From IMG/VR virus record IMGVR_UViG_3300048919_000048, positions 32,001-96,000 of that record: 64,000 nt of DNA; one strand, 5' to 3'. The notes under the pieces were generated by a model. It had not been told where the DNA came from and did no database searches. It was given only the letters and a program-made list of their open reading frames with translations. The translations under genes were made by a program, and so were the position numbers. Positions within the stretch are counted from its first letter, which is position 1, and every line of letters starts with the position of its first letter. This document shows, in pieces, positions 53,705 to 62,777 of the stretch. The stretch is from a virus.

Positions 53705-55126
53705 TTACACTCCTACAGCAGAAGAGGTCATCGGGGTCTGAGCGTTAGTGCTCTGGCCCGCCGGACGATCCAGTACAACGGCGGCGCGGATCTTGACGTA
53801 GTGCAGGGAGTTGTTGTACACAAGCTCTACCTTCACGTCACGCAGGATACGTGCAGCGAGGTCATTCGTCGGGATCTCAGCGCGTTTCGGAATGGTGATC
53901 GTCGGGTCATAAGACACTTTGTTTGTAGTGTCATAACCAGTCAGGATAGCACCGTTACGAATACCGATGTTGATCGGGTTGTTCATCAGTACAGACTTCA
54001 GAACTGGAAGGTCTTCGTCGCTCATCTTCATGGACAGGCCCATGTCAGAACGGCGTTTCATGTACGCAAACACGGATTCTTCCATACGGAACTTAACCCA
54101 GTGGGAGAAGCGAATCACGTCAACGTACTGACCGGATGAAGTTTTACCTTCGATGTAGCTACCAGTGCCGTACAGGCTGCGGTAGATGTTGGCGTTACGA
54201 GACCAAGCGTTTGAGCGCTGGGTGTCTGATCCAACAAACGGGGTCATTCCCGGCATCGTTTTCAGGTGCAGAGAGTCGCCGTATGATGGGTCGTTCGCAG
54301 CCATCGCGCCGATAACGGAACCTTCAGTGAAGCTTACGTCAGCGCCAGCATCGGAAGTTCCCAGAGAGTCGTAGCTCAGAGCCTTCAGCGTGTCAAACAC
54401 AGAAGAGGATGAGTTCTCAGGGGCGTATGCATCAGCATCCGTGGAGTTGTAGATGTGCAACTTGTAGTTCGCCTTAGCAAACTCAGCAGCAGCAACGATG
54501 TCTGCATCAGCACGGGCTTCTGTCGCCAGGAAGTACCAGTTATGGTTCTCAGCGATGACGGAAGGCAGAACAGTCGCCACGGTCTCAGCAGAGTCGTTAA
54601 CGATCTTGTAGGTGCCCGCGCCTTTACCAACGCTAACGATGTTGTCGTCAACTGCGGTCACTGTCACATAAGTGCCAGTTGCAACACCAGTAACTTTCCC
54701 GGTCAGGTCAGCATCGTTGGTGATTGCGTCTGCCAGCGCCGTAGCGATCTGGGCAGGTGTGTTGCCAGGCAGTACGTTAATTTTAACAGCCTTGACCATC
54801 TTATTCAAGGTGATATTAACGACAACCTGTTCGGTGTTTGTGGTCCCGGTGAAATCCACCTTGGTAGAGCTATTAGACATACGTCCGATACCAACACGGC
54901 GAGGGGCAAAGTTCCCTGAAAATGCGTTGGTGGCGAACTGGTACGCCGGGGAGCCTACAGCGAACCCATCAGCAACCATCCCTTCAGTGGACACGTAGTA
55001 ACGAACACGCTCTGGGAAGTTGTTGTGGATTGCCAGGAACATCGGGGTTTCAAAGCCAACGGTGTCGATTGGTTGAGTGCCAAGGCTAACCTCAACGTCA
55101 ACAACCTTGTCTTGATATTCAGCCAT
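53705..55126 (-). CDS. Tail sheath protein
   Basis: ERVRYY.S...M..DGF...SP.Y; EG.T.SGQYVDV; R.L.DV...Y...LH.V.I. Confidence 0.9.
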   Translation of the reverse strand: MAEYQDKVVDVEVSLGTQPIDTVGFETPMFLAIHNNFPERVRYYVSTEGMVADGFAVGSPAYQFATNAFSGNFAPRRVGIGRMSNSSTKVDFTGTTNTEQVVVNITLNKMVKAVKINVLPGNTPAQIATALADAITNDADLTGKVTGVATGTYVTVTAVDDNIVSVGKGAGTYKIVNDSAETVATVLPSVIAENHNWYFLATEARADADIVAAAEFAKANYKLHIYNSTDADAYAPENSSSSVFDTLKALSYDSLGTSDAGADVSFTEGSVIGAMAANDPSYGDSLHLKTMPGMTPFVGSDTQRSNAWSRNANIYRSLYGTGSYIEGKTSSGQYVDVIRFSHWVKFRMEESVFAYMKRRSDMGLSMKMSDEDLPVLKSVLMNNPINIGIRNGAILTGYDTTNKVSYDPTITIPKRAEIPTNDLAARILRDVKVELVYNNSLHYVKIRAAVVLDRPAGQSTNAQTPMTSSAVGV

Positions 55127-55186
55127 TTTGTGTCCTCTGCTTCTGAACGATTATTGACCAGCACGAATGTGCCAATTTGTGGGGGA

Positions 55187-55894
55187 TTACTCCCCCGTCT
55201 TGTCACTGATAAGCGCTGGCTTATCAATAACCGGAGTTTCCAAACAAACCGACACGATCTTGTCGTTGTAGACGATCGGAGGATTTGGCTTTGGTGGTAG
55301 ACCAGGATCATCACCGCCGGGCTTGACACCCACGTCATAGTCTGCTTCAATACCAACAGGTGGGCCAGACGTGTTCCCGGTTTCGATCCCGATGACAATG
55401 TGCTCGATATCCTCGAACGTACCGATATCTTTCTCCACGAACGTCGTGTTGAAGGTGATAATGGTCCGCGCCCGATTCTCGAACAATTGCTGGTTCAGCG
55501 GGACACGCATTCGAGCAATATTCGATGTGGATGAGTACGCATAGGGAGAACCCGTCGGGAAGTATTTCTCACGAAGGAACGGCAGGCCGAATGCCTGATG
55601 CACCCGGGACAGTGCCCAGTGAGGTTTCCCACGGTAAGCGGTGAGGGTATAGCTGGCGGTGTAGTTGTGGGCCGTATGCACGACTCCGTCTTCATCCACC
55701 ACTTCAGCAGTTGCCCAGTCGAGAGGGGTAAGCAATGACAGGTCCACGAGGATGTAAGGCCCTTCCGGTTTTGGAATGGTCTCATCAGCTTCAACGACAT
55801 CATAGCCCGTTACGTCCAAACAGAGACGACCGATTGCCTTGGTCAGTGCTCCCATCACGACATCTGAATTTGTAAAGTCCAGAAGGTCTGCCAT
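55187..55894 (-). CDS. Tail terminator / neck protein with C-terminal extension
   Basis: P.P.GPYI, LTAYRG, FE.RA; immediately upstream of sheath. Confidence 0.75.
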   Translation of the reverse strand: MADLLDFTNSDVVMGALTKAIGRLCLDVTGYDVVEADETIPKPEGPYILVDLSLLTPLDWATAEVVDEDGVVHTAHNYTASYTLTAYRGKPHWALSRVHQAFGLPFLREKYFPTGSPYAYSSTSNIARMRVPLNQQLFENRARTIITFNTTFVEKDIGTFEDIEHIVIGIETGNTSGPPVGIEADYDVGVKPGGDDPGLPPKPNPPIVYNDKIVSVCLETPVIDKPALISDKTGE

Positions 55895-56340
55895 TACAGA
55901 CCTCCCTCAGTTCCAACTGGAACTGCGATCAGGTAGTATCGGTAGCGAGGCACACCGGAAGACGGATACATATCTGCCTTCATCACGGTAAACCACGTCT
56001 GCCCGCCTCCGGAGTCCGGCAGCAACATCTGATCAGAAAGATGCTCTGTGCCCTCTCGTGCTCGGAACAAAAGAGTCTCAGAGTAAACGGTGTAGGAGTC
56101 ATAGTCCTCTTCACCGCCGATCATCAACTGGTTGTTCTGGTCACGGATGGCTTTGCCCCGCATCGGTTGGATAGTGCATTCAACGGCAGTGAAGGGGGTG
56201 TAAACCACCTCTCGCCCGCCGTTCAGGAACGGACTGTCAGGGTCTGTCTTGACCCACTCACGTTTCCTGCATTGCACCTCGATTCGAGGAATGAGTTTGT
56301 TACGGCTTGAGAGCAACGAATAAGCTCTTGGCATCGCCAT
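55894..56340 (-). CDS. Head closure / head-tail joining protein
   Basis: C.IQP...Y.VYS.T pattern; position. Confidence 0.7.
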   Translation of the reverse strand: MAMPRAYSLLSSRNKLIPRIEVQCRKREWVKTDPDSPFLNGGREVVYTPFTAVECTIQPMRGKAIRDQNNQLMIGGEEDYDSYTVYSETLLFRAREGTEHLSDQMLLPDSGGGQTWFTVMKADMYPSSGVPRYRYYLIAVPVGTEGGL

Positions 56341-56350
56341 CAGTCACTCC

Positions 56351-56812
56351 TTATTTGCCTTGGTACTTGACAACCTTGTACGTTGCCGCACTTGACAAGT
56401 CACCATAATGAATCATTGCGTCGTCAAACCCCTTGTAGCTCGCCCAGTCTTTTGATACCTTAGGGTTACTGAATGTCCCAGTGGAGATCGTGAAGCGAAT
56501 ACTATCTGCTGCGTCCTTTCCGATTTTCTCCAAGTAGCTACTGAAGTGGCGACCTTGGATGATCCCGTTGTGCATTCGTTTGATATGCTTCAGGAGACCT
56601 TCTTGGAAGTGCAGGGAGGTTGAGAACATGAAGTTACGCTCAGGAAGGTTATTCCAGCCTTCTTCATGGATGGCGGCAAGAGTCGCCATGTTCAGCCCAG
56701 AATAGTGTTTCTCGTCGTAAAAACCAGATTCCACTTCTTTCTCAGCTAAATCAGAGAGTTGGCTGAAATACCGCTTCAGTTCAGAGATGTCGGTGAACGA
56801 CTTCTTTGCCAC
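56351..56812 (-). CDS. Neck / tail completion protein
   Basis: A.LAAIHE.G...PER.FM, KG.D..M...G.L. Confidence 0.75.
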   Translation of the reverse strand: MAKKSFTDISELKRYFSQLSDLAEKEVESGFYDEKHYSGLNMATLAAIHEEGWNNLPERNFMFSTSLHFQEGLLKHIKRMHNGIIQGRHFSSYLEKIGKDAADSIRFTISTGTFSNPKVSKDWASYKGFDDAMIHYGDLSSAATYKVVKYQGK

Positions 56813-56831
56813 GGTATTTCCCCATGAAAGT

Positions 56832-56841
56832 TATTTTACCA
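56832..56841 (-). promoter_or_regulatory. Putative late promoter TGGTAAAATA
   Basis: Recurrent motif in intergenic gap. Confidence 0.6.
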
Positions 56842-56874
56842 CATTAGGTTAGCAAAAGCAACAAAGTCAACGCT

Positions 56875-57402
56875 TTAGCGAACCATCCAAGGACTGCGTC
56901 TCGCTTGGCTGCAAGGCCATGCTGACTGCTTAGGGATCGCCGGGGTTGGATACACACCCTGTTCCATAAAGCCGTTCACAGAGTTAGGGTTGTTCTTCAC
57001 ACGGAAGAATTCATCTTTACGTACACCACCAATGATCACGAGGGCATTGTTGAATCCAAGGGATGGGTCAACATAATCCGGGTTCAGTTCGAGCCAGTCA
57101 AGGAAGTCTTTCCATGATTCCCAGCTTGATCCGCCTTTGATGGAAATAGTCTCGTCACCGATTTTCTCGAATCGCTCACGAATAGATGAAGCACCGCTGG
57201 AAACTTCCTGAACAATCAACCAACGGACGCAGTCAACGACGGTGTTGTACAGGGCCAGTGGGGTTTTATCCGGGTTGTTGTCCAAGTCATACGTCAACTT
57301 CCACTTGGTCCAGAAGAAGAGGATCGTCGCATCCGAAATCTCCTCGGTGGTGATACCACCCAAGAGCATACGGACGATCTCAATTACTTGTTCGTCGGTC
57401 AT
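56875..57402 (-). CDS. Head-tail adaptor protein
   Basis: GGAGG RBS; ISD.TI, RER.EKIG..TIS; position. Confidence 0.7.
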   Translation of the reverse strand: MTDEQVIEIVRMLLGGITTEEISDATILFFWTKWKLTYDLDNNPDKTPLALYNTVVDCVRWLIVQEVSSGASSIRERFEKIGDETISIKGGSSWESWKDFLDWLELNPDYVDPSLGFNNALVIIGGVRKDEFFRVKNNPNSVNGFMEQGVYPTPAIPKQSAWPCSQARRSPWMVR

Positions 57403-57468
57403 AAAAGGGGCCTCCAGTAAGGGTAGACTTCATGTTACCATATTTTGCACAAAAAGTCATTGACAGAC

Positions 57469-57497
57469 AAAAAGAAAGCCGCCCGAAGGCGGCTGTA
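57469..57497 (-). terminator. Rho-independent terminator; near-duplicate of 38931-38959
   Basis: AGCCGCC-TTCG-GGCGGCT TTCTTTTT. Confidence 0.88.
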
Positions 57498-57498
57498 C

Positions 57499-58308
57499 TT
57501 AGTTGGTGTACAACTTGATTTGAACTTCAAGGAATGTTAAGTTCATATCAACCCCGGTGGTATTGACAAGCCACAGGGTACAACCATCCACAGTAAAGGG
57601 GTCGGTTACGGTGTGGGTCCAAGAGTCCAAGGAGATTGCACCCCTGTCCAGTGATGTACCGGAAACCTTTACCCTCGTGGCTGCTGCCAGTTGAGTTGTA
57701 CCGTCGGCACGACGCAAGTCAACACGCCATTCACGGGCTTGGTTAGCACCGCCTGACAGTTCGCCTTGAAGTCGAACAACAAATCGGACATCTCGCCAGC
57801 CGTCCACTGCTGGGAACTTGGCTACCCCAGTCGAGGAATTGAAATCAATCTGTGCGTTACTGTCCGCCAACAGTGCCCAACCAGGCGCGGTCCCGATGTT
57901 AAGGGACTGTCCATTTGTGATGGTGATTGCGTTAGTTGTTCTTCGAACATCAATGCTGAAGACGGCACCATCATCTCCCGCCGGGCCTTGTGTTCCTTGA
58001 GTCCCTTGCGGACCTTGGATTCCCTGAATACCTTGGTCGCCTTTATCTCCTTTCGGCCCAGTAGCACCAGTCAGTCCAGTGTCTCCCTTCAGACCTTGTT
58101 CACCCGCCGGGCCTGTAGGGCCTGCCGGGCCAATTGGTCCTTGGGGTCCTGGGTCGCCAGGGTCTCCCTTATCCCCTTTTGGTCCCACAGTTCCTCCCCC
58201 GGAACCGATCGAGGCAAAAGGAATCATCGTCTCTGACTGGAGGTCATACAATGCATACCCAAAGTATACACCGTTTTGCTCTCCCGTAATACCTCTTAGT
58301 GTTGCCAT
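57499..58308 (-). CDS. Collagen-like fibre with C-terminal beta domain (head fibre?)
   Basis: About 24 G-X-Y triplets; AAGGAG RBS. Confidence 0.8.
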   Translation of the reverse strand: MATLRGITGEQNGVYFGYALYDLQSETMIPFASIGSGGGTVGPKGDKGDPGDPGPQGPIGPAGPTGPAGEQGLKGDTGLTGATGPKGDKGDQGIQGIQGPQGTQGTQGPAGDDGAVFSIDVRRTTNAITITNGQSLNIGTAPGWALLADSNAQIDFNSSTGVAKFPAVDGWRDVRFVVRLQGELSGGANQAREWRVDLRRADGTTQLAAATRVKVSGTSLDRGAISLDSWTHTVTDPFTVDGCTLWLVNTTGVDMNLTFLEVQIKLYTN

Positions 58309-58325
58309 ACTGACTCCTTATACAG

Positions 58326-58350
58326 AAAAACCGCCCCGAAGGGCGGCTTT
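58326..58350 (-). terminator. Rho-independent terminator
   Basis: GCCGCCC-TTCG-GGGCGGTTTTT. Confidence 0.8.
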
Positions 58351-58351
58351 A

Positions 58352-58747
58352 TTATGCTCCCGGAGCAAACAATCCTGTAGCCCTGATAGCAGCTAGCAGA
58401 TTGTTGAAATCCGCCATTGTCGGATCAGCGGTGATATTTGGGAAATCTCCTTGGAGAACCCCACCACGCTGTGTTGTAGTTGGAACCTTATTCCCAGCCA
58501 TTGCTGTGGTTCCAGTTGTACCGATAACAAGGTCGGATGTTCCAGCGCCGATCGCTGAACGGGCAGTAGCTTGGTCTGCCCCAGCCGCGATAACAGCAGG
58601 TTTGTCAGTCACGTCAGCCCATGCTACAGAGCCGCCGCCACCGCTGCCTTCAAAAAGTTCAGTCAGGGTTTTAGTTTCCCCGGTTGCCTGATCCATGATC
58701 TGGTAACCAGTCAGTGTGCCGAGTGATGCACCGCCAATTGCTGCCAT
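58352..58747 (-). CDS. Head fibre / decoration protein
   Basis: V.W.DVTDKP, ARSAIGAGTS.L.IG...TTA.AG, DFN.LLA.IR..G. Confidence 0.75.
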   Translation of the reverse strand: MAAIGGASLGTLTGYQIMDQATGETKTLTELFEGSGGGGSVAWADVTDKPAVIAAGADQATARSAIGAGTSDLVIGTTGTTAMAGNKVPTTTQRGGVLQGDFPNITADPTMADFNNLLAAIRATGLFAPGA

Positions 58748-58748
58748 G

Positions 58749-59399
58749 TTATTCTCCTACAAAAGTAGTTGGGACTTCAGGGATGTCTGTGATGACAGAG
58801 GTGTCGTACACAGATTTTACGTAGGCCAGGAGGTTTTGGTGGACCTTCCCGGTTGCGACCATAATCGCATCAATCTTCGCCACTGCGTCTGCGGAAGGCA
58901 AAGTAAGGGTTGAAAAATCCGTTTTACGGATTAGAATGTCTTTGTCAGGATGGGCTTGAGCATACGCCTTGATGGTGTCGAGGTTGATAAGCTCACGAGG
59001 CTCAACCGAGAAAGTATCCCCGTCAACAGTTACCCCGGCAGACAGGTCTGCGGTATACTGCTGGTAGGCACGGCTACGATGATCTTCTTTGGCCCGGACC
59101 AAGTTCTCTGCGATCTCTTCAGGATAGAAATCACGAGCTACCCAAGTCTTGTACCAGAGGTCATCGTCAGGATTTAGTTTGGGAGTTCCCTCTGTGACAA
59201 CATCACCGACAGGGATCTCTGAGTCATGAACCATGCAATAACCCCACAGGTCACGCATGTCAGCTTCCCATACATAAGAGCCGATACTGACGTTGGTATG
59301 CTCTTTCAGGAAGTCACTGAGGTAAACGGGGTATTTCATGTCGGACATGCGAATCATCGGTGTCCAAGCATAAACCTTGCTGGTAGGATCTACAGCCAT
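58749..59399 (-). CDS. Fibre-associated protein (assembly chaperone-like)
   Basis: AAGGAG RBS; YPV....F...H.N.S, V.EG.P....W.K.W; follows collagen fibre. Confidence 0.65.
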   Translation of the reverse strand: MAVDPTSKVYAWTPMIRMSDMKYPVYLSDFLKEHTNVSIGSYVWEADMRDLWGYCMVHDSEIPVGDVVTEGTPKLNPDDDLWYKTWVARDFYPEEIAENLVRAKEDHRSRAYQQYTADLSAGVTVDGDTFSVEPRELINLDTIKAYAQAHPDKDILIRKTDFSTLTLPSADAVAKIDAIMVATGKVHQNLLAYVKSVYDTSVITDIPEVPTTFVGE

Positions 59400-59412
59400 T
59401 TGGATCTCCTTT

Positions 59413-59433
59413 AAAGGGGCCGAAGCCCCTTTT
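59413..59433 (-). terminator. Terminator-like hairpin
   Basis: AAAGGGGC-TTCG-GCCCCTTT. Confidence 0.65.
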
Positions 59434-59437
59434 GGTA

Positions 59438-62400
59438 TTAGTCTACAGTCATCGCCTGAACACCCGTCAGGTCCGTGCCGTCCCAGAAGAACGTCAGGAT
59501 GGTACGGGTTGTACCAAGCGCAGGCTGGGTTCCGTTTGACCAAGCCATCGGGGTAGGCCACGTCATAGAGCCGCCTTTACCGATGAACTTAACAACTACC
59601 GTCATCGCACGGCCTGCTGGCAGGTTGGAGATGGTAATTGTCTTGGACGTGGTTCCGTCAACGGTGAACACGTTAGACACAGCAGCATCCAGCGCACCAG
59701 TGGCAGACATCACACGGAGGTCGTAACGGTCAAGCTTCTTCCACGCACCGTTTGAACGGACGTAGTAGCCGGAATCCTGAGGCGCTTCAAGAACGCTGAT
59801 CAGTGTCCAGTCACCGTCGATACGGGAATACTGCTTACCATCCTTAGGTGCATCGTAGACGTTACCACCACCCATGTGGCCCAGAGAACCCCAAGTGGTT
59901 GCGTTTGTCTTCAGGAAGAACTCAAGGGTAGAGGAGTTCAGGAAGTAATCCCCGACACGTCCATCAGCAGGGGTAGGGTTACGGGCAAACACGATCCACA
60001 AGGAACCTTGGTCACCTTTATCACCTTTAACACCCTGAGGTCCGGTAGGACCTGTGTTACCTTGAGGACCAGTAGGTCCGATTGGACCTTGGATAGGACC
60101 CAAGTTTTCGTAGGCAGAACCCGTCCAACCCCAGAAATCGCCATCGATCAGGTAACCCTGTCCCAGCGTCCCGGTTGGCGGCAGTTCAGAACTGCTGTTC
60201 AGCTTACCGATGATTTCTACACCCGGACCCATGTCACCTTGAGGACCCTGAGGACCGATATCCCCCTTGTCACCCTTAGGACCTTGTGCCCCAGTGGCAC
60301 CAGTTTCACCTGTGGCACCTGTAGGACCAACTGGACCACGAACAACGCCCATGTTAACCCAAGTGCTGCCGTTCCAAGAGAAGCCTGTTCCGGTGTCCTC
60401 GGTCACGTAGTAATCACCGACGGTGTTACCAGATGACGGCAGGGAGCCTTGGTTAGGGACAGTCCCTTTAGGGATTACTCCTGCACCATTATCGCCAGTG
60501 TCGCCCTTCGGACCAGCAGGTCCGGTATCACCAGTGTCGCCTTTAGGTCCGGTGTTACCACGTGCCATCCCGGTATTAACCCACTGGAGGCCGTCCCAAG
60601 CAAATCCTTCACCTGTGTCAACAGTTGTCCAGAAGTCACCCTTCACGTTGTCGGTGGTAGGGAGGGAAGCTTCGTTAGGAACAGTGCCTTTCGGATTCAG
60701 GCCAGTACCTTGTGGACCAACGTCACCTTGGTCACCTTTTGGACCTTGTTCGCCCGCCGGGCCAGCAGGTCCGGTAGCGCCAGTGTCACCTTTAGGCCCG
60801 GCTGGACCCTGCGCTCCAGTATCACCCTTCGGACCACGAACTGGTCCAACGTTCTGCCATGCAGTACCGTTAAAGATGTACAGGTCGTCACCGATCAGCC
60901 ATGCATCACCCGTCACCGGATTTGCAGGAAGATCTGCTTCGCTCGCTTTCTCACCAAGGATAGCTACACCTTCACCAACAGGACCTTGAGGACCTGTCAG
61001 GCCAGTGTTACCACGTGGACCCTGAGGGCCAGTGTCACCTTTTGCACCTTTCAGGCTGGCAAGATATTCGTTCAGCGAACCTGTGAATCCAGCTTCAACC
61101 GCAAGAGCATAGTTGTCCTTACCAGTTGCGCCCGGGTCGCCTTTCACGCCCTGAGGGCCTTGAGGGCCAGTATCGCCCGTATCACCTTTAGGGCCTTGGA
61201 ATGCCCCGAGGTTCTCCCAGTTTCCGTTACCAGTTGATACCCAAACATCCGTGCCGATCAGGTATGCATCACCTGCATCTGCTCCGGCAGGGAGACTACC
61301 TTCGTCTGCTACCTTACCGAGAATGTTGATGGCGTTGGCGTTTGTACCGTCTACACCGGGATCACCCTTATCGCCCTTCGGCCCGGTTGGTCCGGTTGGT
61401 CCGATGAGAGAGTTCAGGAAGTCAACCTGAGAACCAGTGTGACCGTTATCCAGCCAAACCTGATACGCAGACTTACCTTCCGGCCCGACTTGGCCTACAG
61501 TTTGCCATTTATCGGTGTCACCTGTCCAGACATACATCTTGTCTTGGATGATGTAGCAATCGCCGTTGCTGTTGCCTTCCATTGGGAGGAAGGATGGATC
61601 AGGGAAAGATCCGAGGATCTGGAGACCGATGCCGTCAGCCCCTTTCAGGGAACTCAGCCATTCGTCCTCTGTCCCAACGAAGCCTGCGTTAACTGCGACT
61701 TCATACGCAGACAGACCCTGAGGACCAGCAAAGCTGCCGAGGTTTTTCCACTGCTTAACGCCACCCTCTTCTACCACCGTCCAGAAGTTCTGGTTGATGA
61801 CGTAAGTGTCGCCGAGTTCCATATCCGCAACTGGTGGCAACTGGGTAACATCACTCAGTTGGTCGATGACGTTGATGCCGATCCCTGCTGGGCCTTTAGG
61901 ACCTTCCGGACCACGGGCACCCTGTGCCCCGGCTGGGCCAGCGGGACCTGTTGCACCTTGAGGGCCAGTTTCGCCCTGAGGACCTTGTGGTCCTGTCAAA
62001 CCTTCTGGGCCTTCCGGACCCTGTGGTCCTGTTGGACCAATCGGACCTTGCGGCCCGGTAGCACCAGTGTCGCCCTTATCACCCTTGACAGTCTCGACGA
62101 AAATACCGTCAGACTTCATCTCGATCTTGTTCGCCGGGTCAGCAGAGATTTTGGTCTCTTGCGGGCGAACATACATAGCGCCTTGGCGGATTTCGAGCAT
62201 GTTGTCCTGTGCAGTGGACACAGGGACATTCAGGCCAGCAGAACCAGCCTTCAGGGCGTTCTGAGCACTTGGATCAACAATCACATCAATCTGAGTCTTG
62301 GCCTTCCCGGTAGGGTCAGCTTTGATATCCAGAGTCTTGTTTGGTGACGTGGTTGATACGTTGACAGGATCGGAGTATACTCCTTCCAGCGCTGGGTTAC

Positions 62401-62719
62401 CAGCGTTAGCTGCATCCTGTGCAGAAATGTACGTTACCGTGTTCCCTTCTTTTGAGGAAATCTTGGTGTCGGAACTTCCAACAAAGAGGCCCTGTTCGTC
62501 TGAGGAGCTTACCACCTGGAGGCGGTTACCTGCACGACGGGATACGTTGACATTTGCCAGAAGAGGAGAGGATTGAGTACCATCACCGATCAGTGTGGTA
62601 GATACGGTGTCTTGTGTCTCGATCCCCGTGAAAGGGGCACCAGACCCACCTGAGGTGCTCGTAGAAGGATCTGGTACGGTAACCAGTACCTCTACGACCT
62701 TATCTTCGTATTGTGCCAT
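59438..62719 (-). CDS. Large collagen-like fibre (whisker/collar fibre candidate)
   Basis: Multiple G-X-Y blocks interrupted by G..I.G......LP...GD.Y...W.W....W.N.G domains; SAY..A...GF.G repeats; two foldon-like motifs. Confidence 0.85.
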   Translation of the reverse strand: MAQYEDKVVEVLVTVPDPSTSTSGGSGAPFTGIETQDTVSTTLIGDGTQSSPLLANVNVSRRAGNRLQVVSSSDEQGLFVGSSDTKISSKEGNTVTYISAQDAANAGNPALEGVYSDPVNVSTTSPNKTLDIKADPTGKAKTQIDVIVDPSAQNALKAGSAGLNVPVSTAQDNMLEIRQGAMYVRPQETKISADPANKIEMKSDGIFVETVKGDKGDTGATGPQGPIGPTGPQGPEGPEGLTGPQGPQGETGPQGATGPAGPAGAQGARGPEGPKGPAGIGINVIDQLSDVTQLPPVADMELGDTYVINQNFWTVVEEGGVKQWKNLGSFAGPQGLSAYEVAVNAGFVGTEDEWLSSLKGADGIGLQILGSFPDPSFLPMEGNSNGDCYIIQDKMYVWTGDTDKWQTVGQVGPEGKSAYQVWLDNGHTGSQVDFLNSLIGPTGPTGPKGDKGDPGVDGTNANAINILGKVADEGSLPAGADAGDAYLIGTDVWVSTGNGNWENLGAFQGPKGDTGDTGPQGPQGVKGDPGATGKDNYALAVEAGFTGSLNEYLASLKGAKGDTGPQGPRGNTGLTGPQGPVGEGVAILGEKASEADLPANPVTGDAWLIGDDLYIFNGTAWQNVGPVRGPKGDTGAQGPAGPKGDTGATGPAGPAGEQGPKGDQGDVGPQGTGLNPKGTVPNEASLPTTDNVKGDFWTTVDTGEGFAWDGLQWVNTGMARGNTGPKGDTGDTGPAGPKGDTGDNGAGVIPKGTVPNQGSLPSSGNTVGDYYVTEDTGTGFSWNGSTWVNMGVVRGPVGPTGATGETGATGAQGPKGDKGDIGPQGPQGDMGPGVEIIGKLNSSSELPPTGTLGQGYLIDGDFWGWTGSAYENLGPIQGPIGPTGPQGNTGPTGPQGVKGDKGDQGSLWIVFARNPTPADGRVGDYFLNSSTLEFFLKTNATTWGSLGHMGGGNVYDAPKDGKQYSRIDGDWTLISVLEAPQDSGYYVRSNGAWKKLDRYDLRVMSATGALDAAVSNVFTVDGTTSKTITISNLPAGRAMTVVVKFIGKGGSMTWPTPMAWSNGTQPALGTTRTILTFFWDGTDLTGVQAMTVD

Positions 62720-62777
62720 TACTTACTTCTCCGGGGAAGGGATGGGAGAGATGGCCCCGTGAAGGGGCCGGAGGGAA

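Noticed and set aside
59980-62120. Repetitive DNA as possible CRISPR array or DGR template
   Set aside because: Explained by G-X-Y codons; no constant repeat-spacer period, no adenine-specific TR/VR pair and no reverse transcriptase seen.
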